Of a stretch of DNA of 64,000 bases, positions 1 to 13,330 are shown in pieces. How positions within the stretch are numbered: position 1 is the first letter of the stretch; each line of letters starts with the position of its first letter. The translations under genes and the position numbers were made by a program. The notes under the pieces were generated by a model. The model was not told the DNA's origin. It was given only the letters and a program-made list of their open reading frames with translations, and searched no databases. Source of the stretch: Narcine bancroftii (taxonomy: Eukaryota); the NCBI RefSeq assembly GCF_036971445.1, contig NC_091471.1, positions 349,494,001-349,558,000 of the forward strand. Reading direction: 5' to 3'.

Positions 1-829
1 GAGCAGTGAGAAGTGGTTGTGACCAGGGTGATGGGGGTCCTCCCTCTATGATGTTGTTAAACAAGAAGTCTGCCGATGCTGGGGTCGAGTGCAATACATA
101 AATGTGCTGGGGAAAATCAGCAGGTCATGCGTCATCCGTAGGAAGTAAAGGGTAACCCATGTCAACTATTATGATGGTGGCTGCCTTCTAGGGGCAGTGC
201 CTCACCTGGATGTCAAATGGTCAGGTCATGGCCATGAGCAACTTGGTGGAATTTGCCTCTTTTGTTGGCCTCTGTGTTTCTGGGCCCTCGAGGTCTCAGA
301 TACAGTCTGTGCGGACCACTTCTTACACTCAGACCATGTTAATTTCTTTTCTTCCAATCTCTCCACATTCCAATCAACTTCCCACGCCAGATTCCACCCC
401 TCACACACACATTGAGGGACAATCAACAGTGGCCAATTAACCCATTGACCCTGCACATCTTTGGAATGTGAGAGGAAACCAGAACACCTGGAGAAACTCA
501 AGGCACTCATGGGGAGAACGTACAAACTCCTCACAGATGGGTGCCAGAGGTCAGAATTGAGCCCAGGTCTTTGAAGTTGCATCACTGATGAATCACAATG
601 TGGACTGCCCAGTCCCTGATCTCCTCTTGTTGCCAGATTTAAAGCACCTTGTAGACTTGAGGAGACTGGTCTATATGGGGAACGAAAGCAAATTTCCCCC
701 CTGATGTAAACTTGCAGTTTTTTGACCACAGTTACTCACCAGCTGCAACATACTGCATTTGTTTAGTAACTTGATTTACAAGCTGCATCATGGGATTTGA
801 ATGACTCTCTACATTCATGGATACCTCAA

Positions 830-1468
830 GGTCGCCGCTCAGGTTGAGATGATAGATAAGAAGGCCTATGTTTTGCTGGGTTTCATTAATTGGGGAATTG
901 AGTTCAGGAGTCCAGAAGTCATGTTGCAACTCTACAAATCTCTGGTGAGACCACACTTCGAGTATTGTTGAGTTCTGATGACCTTGTTACAGGAGAGATG
1001 TGGAAACTATGGAGAGGGTGCAGAGGAGATTTACCAGGCTATCACCTGGATTGGAAGATATGAATTATGACAAAAGGTCAGCAGAGCTAAGACTTTTCTC
1101 TTTGGAGCGCAGAAGGATGAGAGGAGACTTGATTGAGATCTACAAGATTCTGAGAAGCATAGACAGGGTGGACAGCCAGTACCTGTTTCCTAGGGCAGGA
1201 ATAGCAAACACCAGAGGACATGTGACAAAGTGAAGGGAGGAAAGTTTAGGGAGACATCAGGGGCACGTTTTTTTTATACAGAAAGTTGTGGGTGCTTGGA
1301 ATGTTTTGCCGGGGTTGGTGGTAGAGGCTGAAACATGTGCATTTAAGAGACTCTTGAACAGGCACGTGGATGGAAGAAAAATAGAGGGTTACAGGATAGG
1401 GAGGGTTTTGTTTTGGTCAGTATATATGGGTAGACATCACATTGAGGGCTTGTACTGTGCTATAATGT
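830..1468 (+). mobile_element. CR1 LINE 3' fragment (RT C-terminus plus 3' UTR)
   Basis: ORF 1000-1233 ERVQRRFTRLSPGLEDMNYDKRSAELRLFSLERRRMRGDLIEIYKILRSIDRVD is the typical CR1 ORF2 C-terminus. Confidence 0.85.
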
Positions 1469-3715
1469 TCTTTTTTTTAACCTTTTTATTAATTTTCCAC
1501 AAAAGAACATAGAATAATATACAGAAAACGTAAAAAAAGTAATATACATTGTTCTTGAATATACAATCAAGTACTTTCAAATTAATTCAACATTTTCATA
1601 TATTGACAGTTACATTAAGTAAAGAATTAAAAAGTTAATGCATAAAACAATAGAACCAATTGGGGGAAAAATATTTAAAAGCACAATCAACTGGTCAATG
1701 CATTCTGAGAGCAATTTCAAAGTAAGTATAAAAGAGATTTTTCCTGAGTGAAAACAACGCACTTGGAAAAAGAACAAACTGGAAATGGTTCAATTTTGTT
1801 TATTAGCTTGAGTCGTACAAAAATATTGAATAAATGGTCGTCAGGTTTTTTTCCAAAGTTAAAGGTAGTAGCAAATCTCCGACTTCTAATTTTTTTTTAA
1901 ACCTAAGCATGACATAGTGGAGGAGCGCCATTGAAGTAAAGTAGGCGGGTTGCAATCTTTCCATTTGAGTCATACAGCCCTCCTCTCCATCATCAATGAA
2001 AAGGCTACTATCCTTTGGGCTGAAGCAGGTGTAATGATCCCAATACTAGCTGTGAGTAAGTTTGGCTGTAAATCTAGGTCCAACACTTCAGCTAAAGTTT
2101 CAAAACACCTTGCCAAAAATGAACTAACTTTGTACAGGACCAAAATATAGGAGTCAAAGAGGCCTCTTCTGATTTACGCCCATCACAGATAGGACTTGTA
2201 TTAGGAAAACTACGGGCCAATCTGTCCTTCCACATATGTGCCCTATGCATTACCTTGAGCTGAATCAAAGAGTGACAGGCACAAATTGAAGAAGTATTAA
2301 CAAGTCAAAAAATTCTTTCCCATAAATTATCAGAATGTGGCTGCTCAAATTCCAGTTCCCAAGCATCTTTAATTTTATCATTCAATATAGGATGTAAGGA
2401 AGCTGTTAGAAATATTAGCGATCAATCCTTTTTGGGAGGGATTTAATTGAAGAAGAGTATCAATCAAATTAGTTGAAAAGACAAATGGAAAAATTGGAAG
2501 ACAAGTGTAGAAAACTCCTCATTTGAAAATATCTAAGAAGATGTGTCTTAGACAAATGGAACTTTTCAGCTAATTGATCAAATGACATTAAATAATTTCC
2601 TTCAAACATGTCAAGAAAGACTATTATTCCTTTATCTTTCCATAGGGCAAAAGCTTGGTCAGATGATGTCTTAAAAAAAAACAAATAAATTTTACTAGAC
2701 AGACAAAATAATTTAAATCAGAAAATTTACATAATTGAAGCCAAATCCTTAATGTGTGTCTGAGAATTGGATTAAAATCTTGTTTATATACTTTAGTTAA
2801 TGCCAAGGGAGGAGAAGTACCTAACAGATAAGTTTAAAGAGTATCCTCTGACCAAATTCTTCTCCAATTCCACCCATAAAGGGCAATCATGCATCTCGGA
2901 ACAGCAAGTCCAAACGTAGTAATCGTATATTAATTGTCCAGTAACAAAACCTGGAATTTGGTTATACCAGACCACCATCTTTTATCATTTTTTGTAGTAA
3001 TAGTTTAGCCAACGTAGGACTTTGATTATTCCATACATAAGATGATATTTTAGAATCTAATTTGTCAAAGAATACTTTAGGACAAAAGTTGGGATAGCTT
3101 GAAATCCATAAAAGAACTTTGGTAAAATTATCATTTTAATTGCATTAATTCGACCTACTAATGACAATGTCAATGGTGACCATTTCAATAACATTTGTTT
3201 AGCATAATCAGTCAAAGGGAGGTAATTATATTTGTATAAATTCTTAAAGTTTTTTTGTAATTTTTATACTGAGATATTGATTTTTAACAACTTTAAAAGG
3301 TCATTGATCATATAAATGTAAATAATTACTAAAAGAAAAAAGTTCACTCTTCTTTAAATTCAATTTATATCCTGAAACAATTCCAAATTTTGTAAGCAAA
3401 GATAACATAGAAGGAATTGATTTTTAATAAGGATCGGAGATGTACACCAACAAATCATCTGCAAATAAAGAAAATTTATGTGCTCTCTCCCCTCTCTGGA
3501 TACCATAGATAATTTTGAAGAATCTCTGAGAGCAATTCTAAGGGTTCCAAAGCTAGGTTAGATAATAAGGGACTGAGAGGACAATTTTGACGCATACCCC
3601 TATGTAACCTAAAATAAGAAGATATATCGTTATTAATAATAACCTCCACAATAGGAGCTTGGTAAATTAGTTTGATCCAAGTGATAAATCCAGGACCCTG
3701 TAATGTTCTATGTTC
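1469..3715 (-). mobile_element. Degenerate L1/Tx1-like LINE, ORF2 3' half, with T-rich tail at the left end
   Basis: Minus-strand peptides WIKLIYQAP...FRLHRGMRQNCPLSPLL (RT domain) and LMSFDQLAEKFHLSKTHLLRYFQMRSFL; many stops. Confidence 0.85.
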
Positions 3716-4362
3716 CAATATCTTTATCATTGCATTACAAAACTCAACCCTACAGATGGAACAATTGGGGAATCAGTAGATTCTCAGCCCCTCCTCAGCT
3801 GATGGATTGTGTGCGGTGGAATTCTGTTTTACTCACACTTCCCATTTGCTGATCTCCATCACTTTCCACAGGATCTGATGTGGTGCAGGGAGAACGTTGG
3901 TCCTGACAAACTAATTCCGAGCAGAGGTCACCCCATCAGGATAAGGGATAGGCCACCGAGGACTCGGGGGCAGAATTGAGTTCACTCAGAGAGTGTTGGA
4001 ATCCTTGGAGTTTCCTATCCAGGAGGGTTGTGGTGGCTCAGTCATTGATTCCAGAGAGTGATCTATTTCTGGCCATTTGAAAAATTCTTGAGATGGAGTG
4101 GTGCAGAGGTAGAAGCTCCATACTGATTCTCGTCTCAAGAATGTGACAGTACAGAAACAGTCCCTTTGGCCCAACTTGCCCATGCTGACCAAGTTGTCCA
4201 CCCAAGCTACTCCCATCTGCCTGTGTTTGGCCATTATCCCTCCAAACATTTCCTCTGCATGTATCTGTCTAAATGTATTTCAAACATCATAATTGTGCTC
4301 ACCTACACAACTTACTCTGGCTGCATGTTCCAGGTACCCACCGCCCTGGAAAGGAAGAATTA

Positions 4363-4835
4363 ATTCATAGAATAGCGCCAGTTACATCCCATAAAAGTCG
4401 TCTCTTCAAATTTAGTCATTGTATCTAAAATACAAATTCTGATTTTTTTTTCTAGATTTAAAAAAAGACATAATGTGAGAAAGCCATTGAAATAACGTAG
4501 GAGAATTAGTCTTTCCATTTAAGTAAAATGGCTCTTCTAGCTAATCGTGTAGAAAAAGCGATAACTTGATAGGCAGAAGTCGGTAAATAACCTACATCTG
4601 TAATCCAAAAAGAGCAGTTAAGGGGCTCAGTTGTAATTGAATAACCAGGATCATTGATAGAGTTTTAAAAATATCTTTCCAAAATTTTTCTAACATAGGA
4701 CATGACCAAAACATATGAGTGAATGAAGCCACCTCAGTATTGCGTCTATCACAAGTAGAGCTCGTATTAGGAAAGGTGTGAGCTAGTTTATCTTTAGACA
4801 TACAAGCTCTATGAACTATTTTAAACTCTAACATC
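4363..4835 (-). mobile_element. L1-like ORF2 C-terminal (Cys-rich) fragment
   Basis: ORF 4592-4834 FKIVHRACMSKDKL...CDR...SFTHMFWSCP, the L1 C-terminal zinc-knuckle-like region. Confidence 0.75.
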
Positions 4836-5414
4836 AGCTTGAGATTAGAATGCCTTGTAGCATCCAGGAGACATTTGAACTTCCCAAATCAATGCCATAT
4901 CTATTTGCTTTAACCTTGCACCTTCATCATGTTTGAAGTACTAACTTTGACCCCAAGCCAAATTCGAAGGGATGAGCTTTTAAGGAAGGGAAGTGGAGAG
5001 GCTGAGGGAAGGCACTCAGGACAGCTGATAGCACAATGGCTGGTGGTGGATCCATGGAAACTGTGGATGGGAGACCTTGCTCAGTGGTAGTCCTGATGTC
5101 TTTTCCCCCCCCCCCCCCCCACCTATAGTGCTGTGGATTTGATCCTGACCCCCATTGGTGTCTGGGGTCTGCATGTTCTCCCGGTGACTGTGGAATTCCA
5201 CCCACATTCCAAAGATAAGCAGGCAAGGTAAGGTGGGCTGAAGGGTCTGCTGTCTCCATGAATCAAAAGCACAGAAGATCCTAGCAGGAAGGACTGGAAG
5301 AGTTGGCTGGAACCCTGGGGAACAGGGACACAGGGCATAGATCTGAGAAGCAACCTAACGTTTCCATCATTTTGTTATACCTGAAAACAATCAAAGTTAG
5401 ACAAAGTAAAGCAA

Positions 5415-5890
5415 TACACCTGAGCGGAATGCCCCTGCAAAAAGGTAGTGGACCCAGCCCAGGACATCACAGGTAAAACTCTCCCCACCGAGAACAGCCA
5501 CGGGGAACCCTGCTGTCGGATCATCAAGGATCCACACCACCCAGCACACGCTCTGTTCTTGCTGCTGCCATCAGGAAAGAGGTCTAGATGCCTCAAGACT
5601 CGCACCACCAGGTTCAGGAACAGCTGCTGCCCCTCCATGATCATATTCCTCAACGACAAACTCAATCAGGGACTCATTTAAGGACTCTTACTTTGATTTT
5701 CTTTTCTCTATCTCTGTATTGCACAGACAGTTTGTTTAGATTTCTTTATTTGTTTACATGTATACACTGTGTAGTCTTTTTTTGCATAACCAATTAGTGG
5801 TAATTCTACCTCACCCACAGGAAAAAGAATCTCAGGATTGTATGTGATGTCATATATGTTCTCTGACAATAAATCTGAAATCTGAATCTG
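5415..5890 (+). mobile_element. Rex1/Babar-like LINE 3' fragment
   Basis: IIKDPHHPAHALFLLLPSGKR...RTTRFRNS motif; tail AATAAATCTGAAATCTGAA; near-identical copy at 41440-42625. Confidence 0.8.
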
Positions 5891-7132
5891 GCAATGACAT
5901 CGAGGCTTGGGATTATGAAGCAGGGAGAATGGATTCTGACAGGAAACTGCCAGCACAAAAGTGTACTCCATGGTGGCCAGGGAGCAGTGTTGTGTAGTCA
6001 ATGCAGAGACATGGGTTGGCACTACACATCTGGAGGTGGGAACCGCCTTCCATTAGGAAGGCTGCACTTGCATTGGTATCAACCCCAGCACGGTTTCATC
6101 CTGATGCGTGCTGCAGCCAGTCTAGTTCTTTCCAAGTGCTGCAGGAAACGCTGGTTAATGCACATAGCAGGATCCTGCAGCCAGCAAGGATTCAATGACC
6201 ACACACTGGGGATAGTACGTCCCTGGCCAGCTGTGCATTGGTGCTCCAGGGACCTGCATCCCCTTGAGAAGGATTCACGGGGCCTTGCTATACCATCTCA
6301 TTCAAGGACCATGTGCTGCCTGTTAAGGCACCAGTGGCTGGTCAGGAGACGGATCACCGCTTGTGGAGTGGGGATTGAACCCATGACCTTTCTCTGGGTG
6401 TGTAACCTGCTAAGTGGCAGCCAATGCCCCTAGTCTGTGTGCTTTATACCCAGGTCCAAGCTCTTCTATGGTGGTTGGCAGCCCTCACTCTCAGGAGTCT
6501 CGAGCATGGGTGGAGGTGGTAAGGCGAGTGTCCGATATCCCTCAAGGCCTGTGCATACACCTCATTCCTGCTCAGGCCTGGTGAGCAGAGAATTTCTGCA
6601 ATGAAATCCTGCGCTCTCTGTTTTAACCGTGCCCCTCCCTGTTGAAGACCCTTGCACTTAAGGGGAAACTTGTCTCGTCCCTTCAGGATCTCAGATTGAC
6701 AGCAAACATGAGGAGTGGAGCTTCGCAGATTGTGTGACCTTTGGCTGGTGAGGCAGAAGTGACGCAGATTGGACAGGAGGTTCTACAATGGTTCGCATCT
6801 GTACATATGGGGGTGTTCAGCACCTGAGCATCAGCAGTCAGCCTGGAATGTGTGCTGAACATCAACACCTACCAGTGCCAATCCTGGGCTTCCTCAGGTC
6901 CCACCAAGCCATTTGGCCCAATTGATCTTGGTGCAATCGGTAAGAAGCTTGAGGGACTCAGCGGGTCAGGTAGCATCTGTGGAGGGAAATGATCAGTCAA
7001 TGATTCAAGTCAGGTCTTTATTCCTACAGAAAAGTCCCAATCTGAAATGTTGACTGTCCACTTCTCTCGGGCATGTTGCCTGACCTGTTCAGTCTCTCCA
7101 GCAGCCCGAAGATCCATACTGGTGTTTATACT

Positions 7133-7754
7133 TGTAGTGTGGATTGTGGAGCGTCATGAGACTGCTCCATCCGCAACCTGGTGGGGATGTGGAATTCGGA
7201 GGGTCACATGACTTCTCTGCCTGGAACGTAGTTGGAAGTCACAGCACCTCCCAATCAAGGTTGGGCTCTGCCCACCCATTAGTGCACTCCTGACCACTGG
7301 CCCCTTTAAGAACCTGGTGATTACCTGGGCTGGTCCCTCCAGCTTACTGAACTATAAAGTCCACCCCGTGCAGTAGCTCTCCCTCTTTTTCTCTTAATTC
7401 CTGAGCTGAACTCTGGTCCACACCAGGTTGTGAACTGTGGACAATGCTGGAGGGGTTGTGGGTAAAGTGTGAACTACATAGAGATCGAGGCTGTTAGATA
7501 GCATTGGAGCGGTGCCTGTGTTAGAGAAGGAACAGTGGGTAGCGTATTATATCCTTGGTTGTAATGTCTGTATAAACAGCTGCTAGTATCAATAGTGTTG
7601 AGTGCGATGTGACTGGTTATACTGTTGTGTGATTGAGAGTACTAGTATGTGTTATCCTGTGGCAATCTCTTTACATGTATTTTAATAAAGATCCTTCCTG
7701 TGTCCAAACTCGTTGCTCTTTGAATCCACCAAACTTTCCCCATCTGACACAACG
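7133..7754 (+). mobile_element. Solo LTR (Gypsy/BEL-type) in the gnav1 intron
   Basis: Imperfect inverted ends TGTAGTGT...ACACAACG; flanks ATACT/ATGCT (5-bp TSD, 1 mismatch); internal CCAAT ~7251, TATAAA 7353, AATAAA 7684. Confidence 0.6.
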
Positions 7755-8101
7755 ATGCTGTGTACTAATCTTCCCCCCATACTGCAGTGCATGTAAATCT
7801 GTTTCTTCTCACGTTGCGTGCGTTCAGCTGCTCCTCCTCACTGGAATCCTCTTCTCTCCCAAACCTCTTGCTAGGACACGTAGTGACCATTCAGCCCAGC
7901 AGTGCCTGTGTTGGCTGTGGGAGTTGTCAGATAGCCCTTTTCTATGGAGTTCTGAGATGGCTGGGTTTGCTACATCACTGTCAAATCTCTGCCAATGAAC
8001 CTTTGTCAGCGTTCAGGAAAGACCCCCTGTGATAGAGCTCCAGGACAGGTGAGGGAGTGGGATGCCACTGTTTAATTTTGTTGCCATTTCTCACCAACCA
8101 G

Positions 8102-8292
8102 GTGCCGACTGTGATGTGGACTCTGCTGCCCGATACATTGCCTCCCAGTTCTTGTCACTCAGCAGGAGTCCAGAAAAGCTGATCTACCACCACTTCACCA
8201 CAGCCACCGACACTTCCAACATCCAAGTTGTCTTCCAGGTTGTGATCGACACCATTGTAAAGGAGAACCTGGAAGCCGTTTCTCTGCTTTAA
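8102..8292 (+). CDS. gnav1: G protein alpha subunit, Gv class, terminal coding exon (upstream exons not found in the window)
   Basis: Acceptor ...caaccag at 8100-8101; (G)ADCDVDSAARYIASQFLSLSRSPEKLIYHHFTTATDTSNIQVVFQVVIDTIVKENLEAVSLL*. G5 box HFTTATDT and C-terminus ENLEAVSLL match Galpha-v rather than Gi/Gq/Gs/G12. Confidence 0.85.
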
Positions 8293-8721
8293 ACAGTGGA
8301 CACAGATTGGGCTTGGAAGAAGCAGTGGACACCTGGCCACAAGGTCCTGGCACTGGCCAGCTCAGGCCTTTGGGACAGGCAGAAGCTTGGATGTTCCACC
8401 AGGTGAATGGAAAGGTCACACTGTGAAAGAGTAAGCCACAGGGGTAAGAGGCAGTGAGCCCCCATCATCTCTCAACTTCAATCACAGGACAGGGCCAGTG
8501 GATGTTCTGAAGGATATTTAAACCCTGCATCCACTGAACAAGGAGGAGCCTGTGGATTAAAACCAGTCCCAGGAAAGTGAGTACATGTGTAAATCCCACA
8601 CAAGAACTCTGGTGCTTAACTAGTCCCTCCAATGGCATCACTTCCTCAAGGATTGTGAATGCAGGAAGGAGAATCCTTTGACTTCCTCCTGGTTTTTGTC
8701 AGATTTGAGATGGGGCGAAGT

Positions 8722-8870
8722 GGGCCTGGGCCTGCTGGGTTTACTTGGGCCTGCTGGGTTTACTTAGGCCTGCTGGGTTTACCTGGGACTGGGCCCAGGC
8801 CTGCTTGATTTACCTGGGCCAGCTGGGTTTATTTGGGACCGGACCCAGGCCTGCTGGTTTACCTGGGCCT
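8722..8870. repeat. Degenerate ~20-bp tandem repeat (GGGCCTGCTGGGTTTAC) in the probable gnav1 3' UTR
   Basis: About 6 visible copies. Confidence 0.7.
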
Positions 8871-9095
8871 ACTGTGTTGCTCTGTGCCCAATATGCAGGC
8901 AGCAAGCTGAGCATCCTAATGTGGACTGCAGACGTCTCCATCAATGCTCATCCTGGGTTTTGCAGGATACAGATAATTTTCTTTTTAAAAGAAAAAATGT
9001 GCCTTTTGTTTTAACATTGATGGTTTCGCTTTGCATATTGATATATTTTCTTCACTTGTTCTTCAATGACAAACAGAAGTTGGTTATATATTCAG

Positions 9096-9101
9096 AATAA
9101 A
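9096..9101 (+). terminator. Candidate gnav1 polyadenylation signal AATAAA
   Basis: First AATAAA seen after the stop, following an AU-rich stretch about 0.8 kb downstream. Confidence 0.45.
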
Positions 9102-9524
9102 GCAGAGTTTAAAGCCGCTATACTCTGTCTCCATTTTGCTATTTGGCATCAAAGGAAATGCCACAATACAAATTACTTGGCAGAATTCTTGCCCTCTGGC
9201 TATCTTGGAAAGATCAGATTTAAATCTTTTTTCATAAAACATGGAGAAGTACAGAACATGAACAGGCCCTTCAGCCTTCGATATCTGGGCTGGACGTTGT
9301 CCTGTTGCTTACATGTGATGCATATCCCTCTATTCGTTGGATATCTATCTTTTTGTCTTCCATTGCTACCACTGGCAGCTTGTTCTAACCCACTACTCTG
9401 TGTAAGACAAAACTATTACTCCCCCTTGCCTTATGCCTTATGGCATTTGACATTTTTTACCCTGAGATTCTGTGTACTGTCTTGATGCCACTCGTAATTT
9501 CACCGCAGACAGGTTTTTCCCTTG

Positions 9525-9782
9525 GGGTACGTGATTCCAGAACTAGAGGGCATAGGTTTAAGATGAGAGGGTAGAGGAACCTGAGGGGCAACTTTTTCAC
9601 CCAGAGGGTGGTCCCTGTCTGGAATGAGCTGCCAGAGAGAGCAGTATAATTACAATGTTCAAAAAACATTTGGACGGCTTTATGGAGGGGAAGGACAACA
9701 GGGTGTGGCCCAAATGCAGACAAATGCCAACTTGGCCAGCACAGATGGGCTGGGCCGAAGGGCTTGTTTGGTGCTGTATGAC
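9525..9782 (+). mobile_element. CR1 3' end fragment
   Basis: AGAACTAGAGGGCATAGGTTTAAG...TTTTTCACCCAGAGGGTGG...GGGCCGAAGGG pattern. Confidence 0.7.
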
Positions 9783-11596
9783 TCCACGTGGATGGGAGGG
9801 TCGCTGCAGTGTACCACCAAGTCAAGGCAAGAAAGAGCAGTGGCTTCAGAAGCTGGGCCCAGGTGGATGACTACTCTGAATCATCACTTCCTTGAACACT
9901 GTTGGGGACGAGATGACCATTTTGAGGAAGAAAAGCAAGAGGTAAGGGAAGCTCTCCTGTAGGTGTCTGTCACTTCTCTCCTGGGCTTTCTTGCACCCAC
10001 CCCGCAATTCACCCCACTCTCACCAAACTCCACTGAGCTACCCAGGTCTTTGTCACCCTCGCCACGATCACTGGTTTCTTGCTCAGCAACTCCATTTAAT
10101 CTCTCCCTGGCCAAACCGCTTCCATCCAACAGCCCCCTGAGTTAGCACAACCAATCTGACCATCCCCGAGTCTACCTTCTCCTTCACTAGGTACTGTGCC
10201 TCCATCTGCACTGGTCCAAATCTCCAGCCTTCGCCCCCCCCCCCCCAGCCCTCTCCACATCTTTCTCTCTTTAAGACATGACAAACGTTTGGTACCTTGT
10301 CCAAGGGATGCGAGTTACAGAGGTAACCCACCTCCTTCCCTCCCAGGGCTGAGCGCACATGTTATGAACCCTGGTGGGAACAAGGTGTGTTTGTTCAAAA
10401 TGCCTGTCCAAAGTGCCAATCGGTCTTATCAACCCATACACAGATTCTGCACTGCACCTTGCGCAGTATTCCTTGGAAACAACTTGCAATGTTTTGCCAG
10501 ATTTAGTTTTTATAAATGCTTGTAGTTGTGGGGTCTGATCAGGTAGATGAAGAGTCAGAGAGAATGAGTTGTAATCACCACCCAAACTCAAAACAAATCG
10601 GAATTTTCTCCTACCTTTCAGGAGAAATATTGGGAACAGTAAATATTTTAAAAAGATGGCCTTACAATGATCTTTTTAAGAGGTTGGAATCTTTGTTCAC
10701 CCATGTTATAGGAAGTTTGGACGTTAGTGTTTTGTAGCTGCAATAGTCGGTGCTTCCCAAGCCGCGACCAGTTTGGGAGGTGGTTTGGTTTGCGTTGATG
10801 AGAAGATGCAGTTTGTTTAATTGGTTGGTTTTGTGAGAGAAATAGCAATGGACAAGATAGAGAGGTAAAAACCGTCAAACAGTATTTATTTATTTTTGTC
10901 CTACATGTGCATTGTTTGTATGCGAGTTATGACTGGTTGTATCTGCGTGGTTTGCACCGAGGACTGGAGACCACCACTATTTGGCCAGTTGTACTTGTAC
11001 AATCAGACAGGGATTGGATGAGGTGTTTCTAGCTGGAGGGATGAAGGGATCTGGAGACCAGGCAGAAAGAGGTCACATGATCAGCCATGCTGTATGGAAT
11101 GGTAGAGAAGACTTGAGGGGCCGAATGGCAATCTCCTGTGCTATATATTGTGATGTATTCCCCTTGTCAATGTTTGATGAGCAAGGAACCCCAGCCATGG
11201 CCACGGGGTCCTGAGAAAGGCAAGAAGCAGCACTGCTGGCATCCTGGACAAAGAATGGGACAGAGGCCAGGACATGTACGGTGCTCTCTTTCTTTGAAGC
11301 TTCCAGCTCAACCTCCCAGGAGGTTGCGGCGGGGGGGGGGAAGAGAGAAGGTGACCCTAACCTACAGGCTGCTTTGGGGAGCTCATGCCGTCAGGTTAGT
11401 CCTTCTCCATCCTGTGTGCTTCCCTGCACCATCCCTCCGAGACCACAGCTCCAGGAACTGCAGCTTCCTGACCTGGTGTGTGTTCCAAAACTGCATGCTC
11501 AGTTTTCCCCACACTGTTCGCCTGCTGGTTCCTCACTGGCACGGCCTGGCTGTTGGGCACTTCCTACAGCTCAGAACCGACTGGCTTAATCTCGAC

Positions 11597-11909
11597 CAGT
11601 GGTTCTCAACCTTTTCCTTTCCACTCACAAACCATTTTAAGTATTCCCTCTGCCATTGGTACTCTGTGGTTGGTGATGGATTGCTTAAGGTGCGATGTGG
11701 GTGGAAAGAAAAATTTTGAGAACTACTGTTTTAATCGTACCTCATTGACACAAAATATTTCAGTAACAATTTGGTCTAGAGCAGTGATTCTCAACCTTCC
11801 CTTCCCACCCACATGCCACCTTAAGTAATCCCTAATCACAGAGCCCCGATAGCATAGGGATTACTTAAAAGTGGTATATGAGTGGAAAGGAAAAGGTTGA
11901 GAACCACTG
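11597..11909. mobile_element. Dimeric non-autonomous hAT/Charlie-like MITE
   Basis: TIRs CAGTGGTTCTCAACC...GGTTGAGAACCACTG; two internal palindromic units joined at GGTCTAGAG; flanks resemble the NTCTAGAN target. Confidence 0.75.
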
Positions 11910-12682
11910 ATCTACATGTTATCCTTCAGCTCCCTGGCCTTGCCTCTTCAGCAATATTTCCTCTGTCCTCTCCAGTCACAACCCGCTCTGCCTTGGCTTT
12001 CTCACATGGACAATCCTCAACTCTAACTTTTGTTTCAGATGCCCCTCACCATGTGAGCATTTCCAGCATTTTCTGTTTCACAGTCACTTCTGTAGTTCTC
12101 CGCTTCCCGGGACCATTTTCTTTTCCTCCTCTTCCCCACGGTGGACTCTATCCCCTGTCTGTGAAGACTGCAGACTCGTTGGGATATGACCATTATTCCT
12201 TAACCCTAATTTAACACATTCTCACTCTTTCACACACTCCCACACTCTCTCTCTCTCCCTGGGCACAGAATCCGACGATGGTGAAACTGATGATATATTT
12301 TGTGATCATGAACTATTTGCCATAACACAGTGGTAAGTAGAGTCGTATTTGGAAGCGGTTTAGGGTCGATTTCAAACAGAACTGGAGTTATGTGTTTTGA
12401 GACTGAAATTTAATACGTTGTTCCATTACAGACATTACTAACGCACAGTCAGTTTATACCATGATTCTGCACAAATACCAGAATGTATTTATATATAGAC
12501 AATTTAAAAATCCAGGAACCACTCAGACACAGATAAATTAGTTAATTGTTAACGTACAGTAACATTTTGACTGCTCTTCGTACTAGAATTCATTGTAAAT
12601 CTTCTGGAATGCACGAAAGTAAAAACTTCGGACGCCAGGAGGAGTTGGGGCAGTTGTCCCGGGTGGGGAGGAGAGTGATAGA

Positions 12683-12812
12683 TTAGGCATTTCCACATTC
12701 TTGACTGTCCAGGGACAAGACAATGTCCGCCTGGCACTGGAAGGTGATGGCACTCCCTGCGAGGAGCTGGCAGGTCTGCAGGCTCGGGGAGACGTCTCTC
12801 ACAGCAGACAGC
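12683..12812 (-). CDS. npb: Neuropeptide B precursor, exon 2 (C-terminal pro-region; one extra base near its start)
   Basis: Acceptor ttacag; AVC(+1)VRDVSPSLQTCQLLAGSAITFQCQADIVLSLDSQECGNA*, matching the NPB CVKDxSPxLxSC...FQCKADVFLSL pattern. Confidence 0.85.
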
Positions 12813-12904
12813 CTGTAACAGACATGCACAACACACTCAGCCTCCCAATTACTGAAACCGGACAATGTGCAGCGAGGGGTTAACATTGCAGAAATAGACA
12901 TCTC

Positions 12905-13330
12905 CAGCACAGCACAGGCCTCTCGGCCCACAGTGTTGTGGCGACCCAATAACCTACTCTTAGCAACTGCTTAGAATTTCCCTGCTGCATAACCCTCCAC
13001 TGCATTGTCAGCAGTGCATTCCATGTACCCACATCTTCCTGTGTGAAAGACTTGCCCCTTATCTCCCTTCCTCCCTCCCCCCCACCCCCCCCCCCGTCCC
13101 GTACTTACTCCCAACCACCTTAAACTATACCCCTTGTGTTAACTATTTCAGCCCTGGGGAAAGCCTCTGGCCATCCCATAATCAATGCCTCTCATCATTC
13201 TGTACCCCTCTATCAAGTCACCCCCCATTCTCTGTCGCTCCAAGGAGAAAAGACCAAGTTCACGCAACCTATCCTTGTAAGGCAGACTCTCCAATCCAGG
13301 CAGCATCCTTGTAAATCTCTGCAGCCTCTC
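12905..13330 (-). mobile_element. CR1 3' fragment in the npb intron
   Basis: Reverse complement of the CR1 3' end (ACAGCACAGGCC..CGGCCCAC; CCCCTCTATCAAGTCACCCC..CGCTCCAAGGAGAAAAG). Confidence 0.65.

Noticed and set aside
5894-6433. 179-aa ORF in the gnav1 intron
   Set aside because: No recognisable Galpha or other domain and no supporting splice pattern
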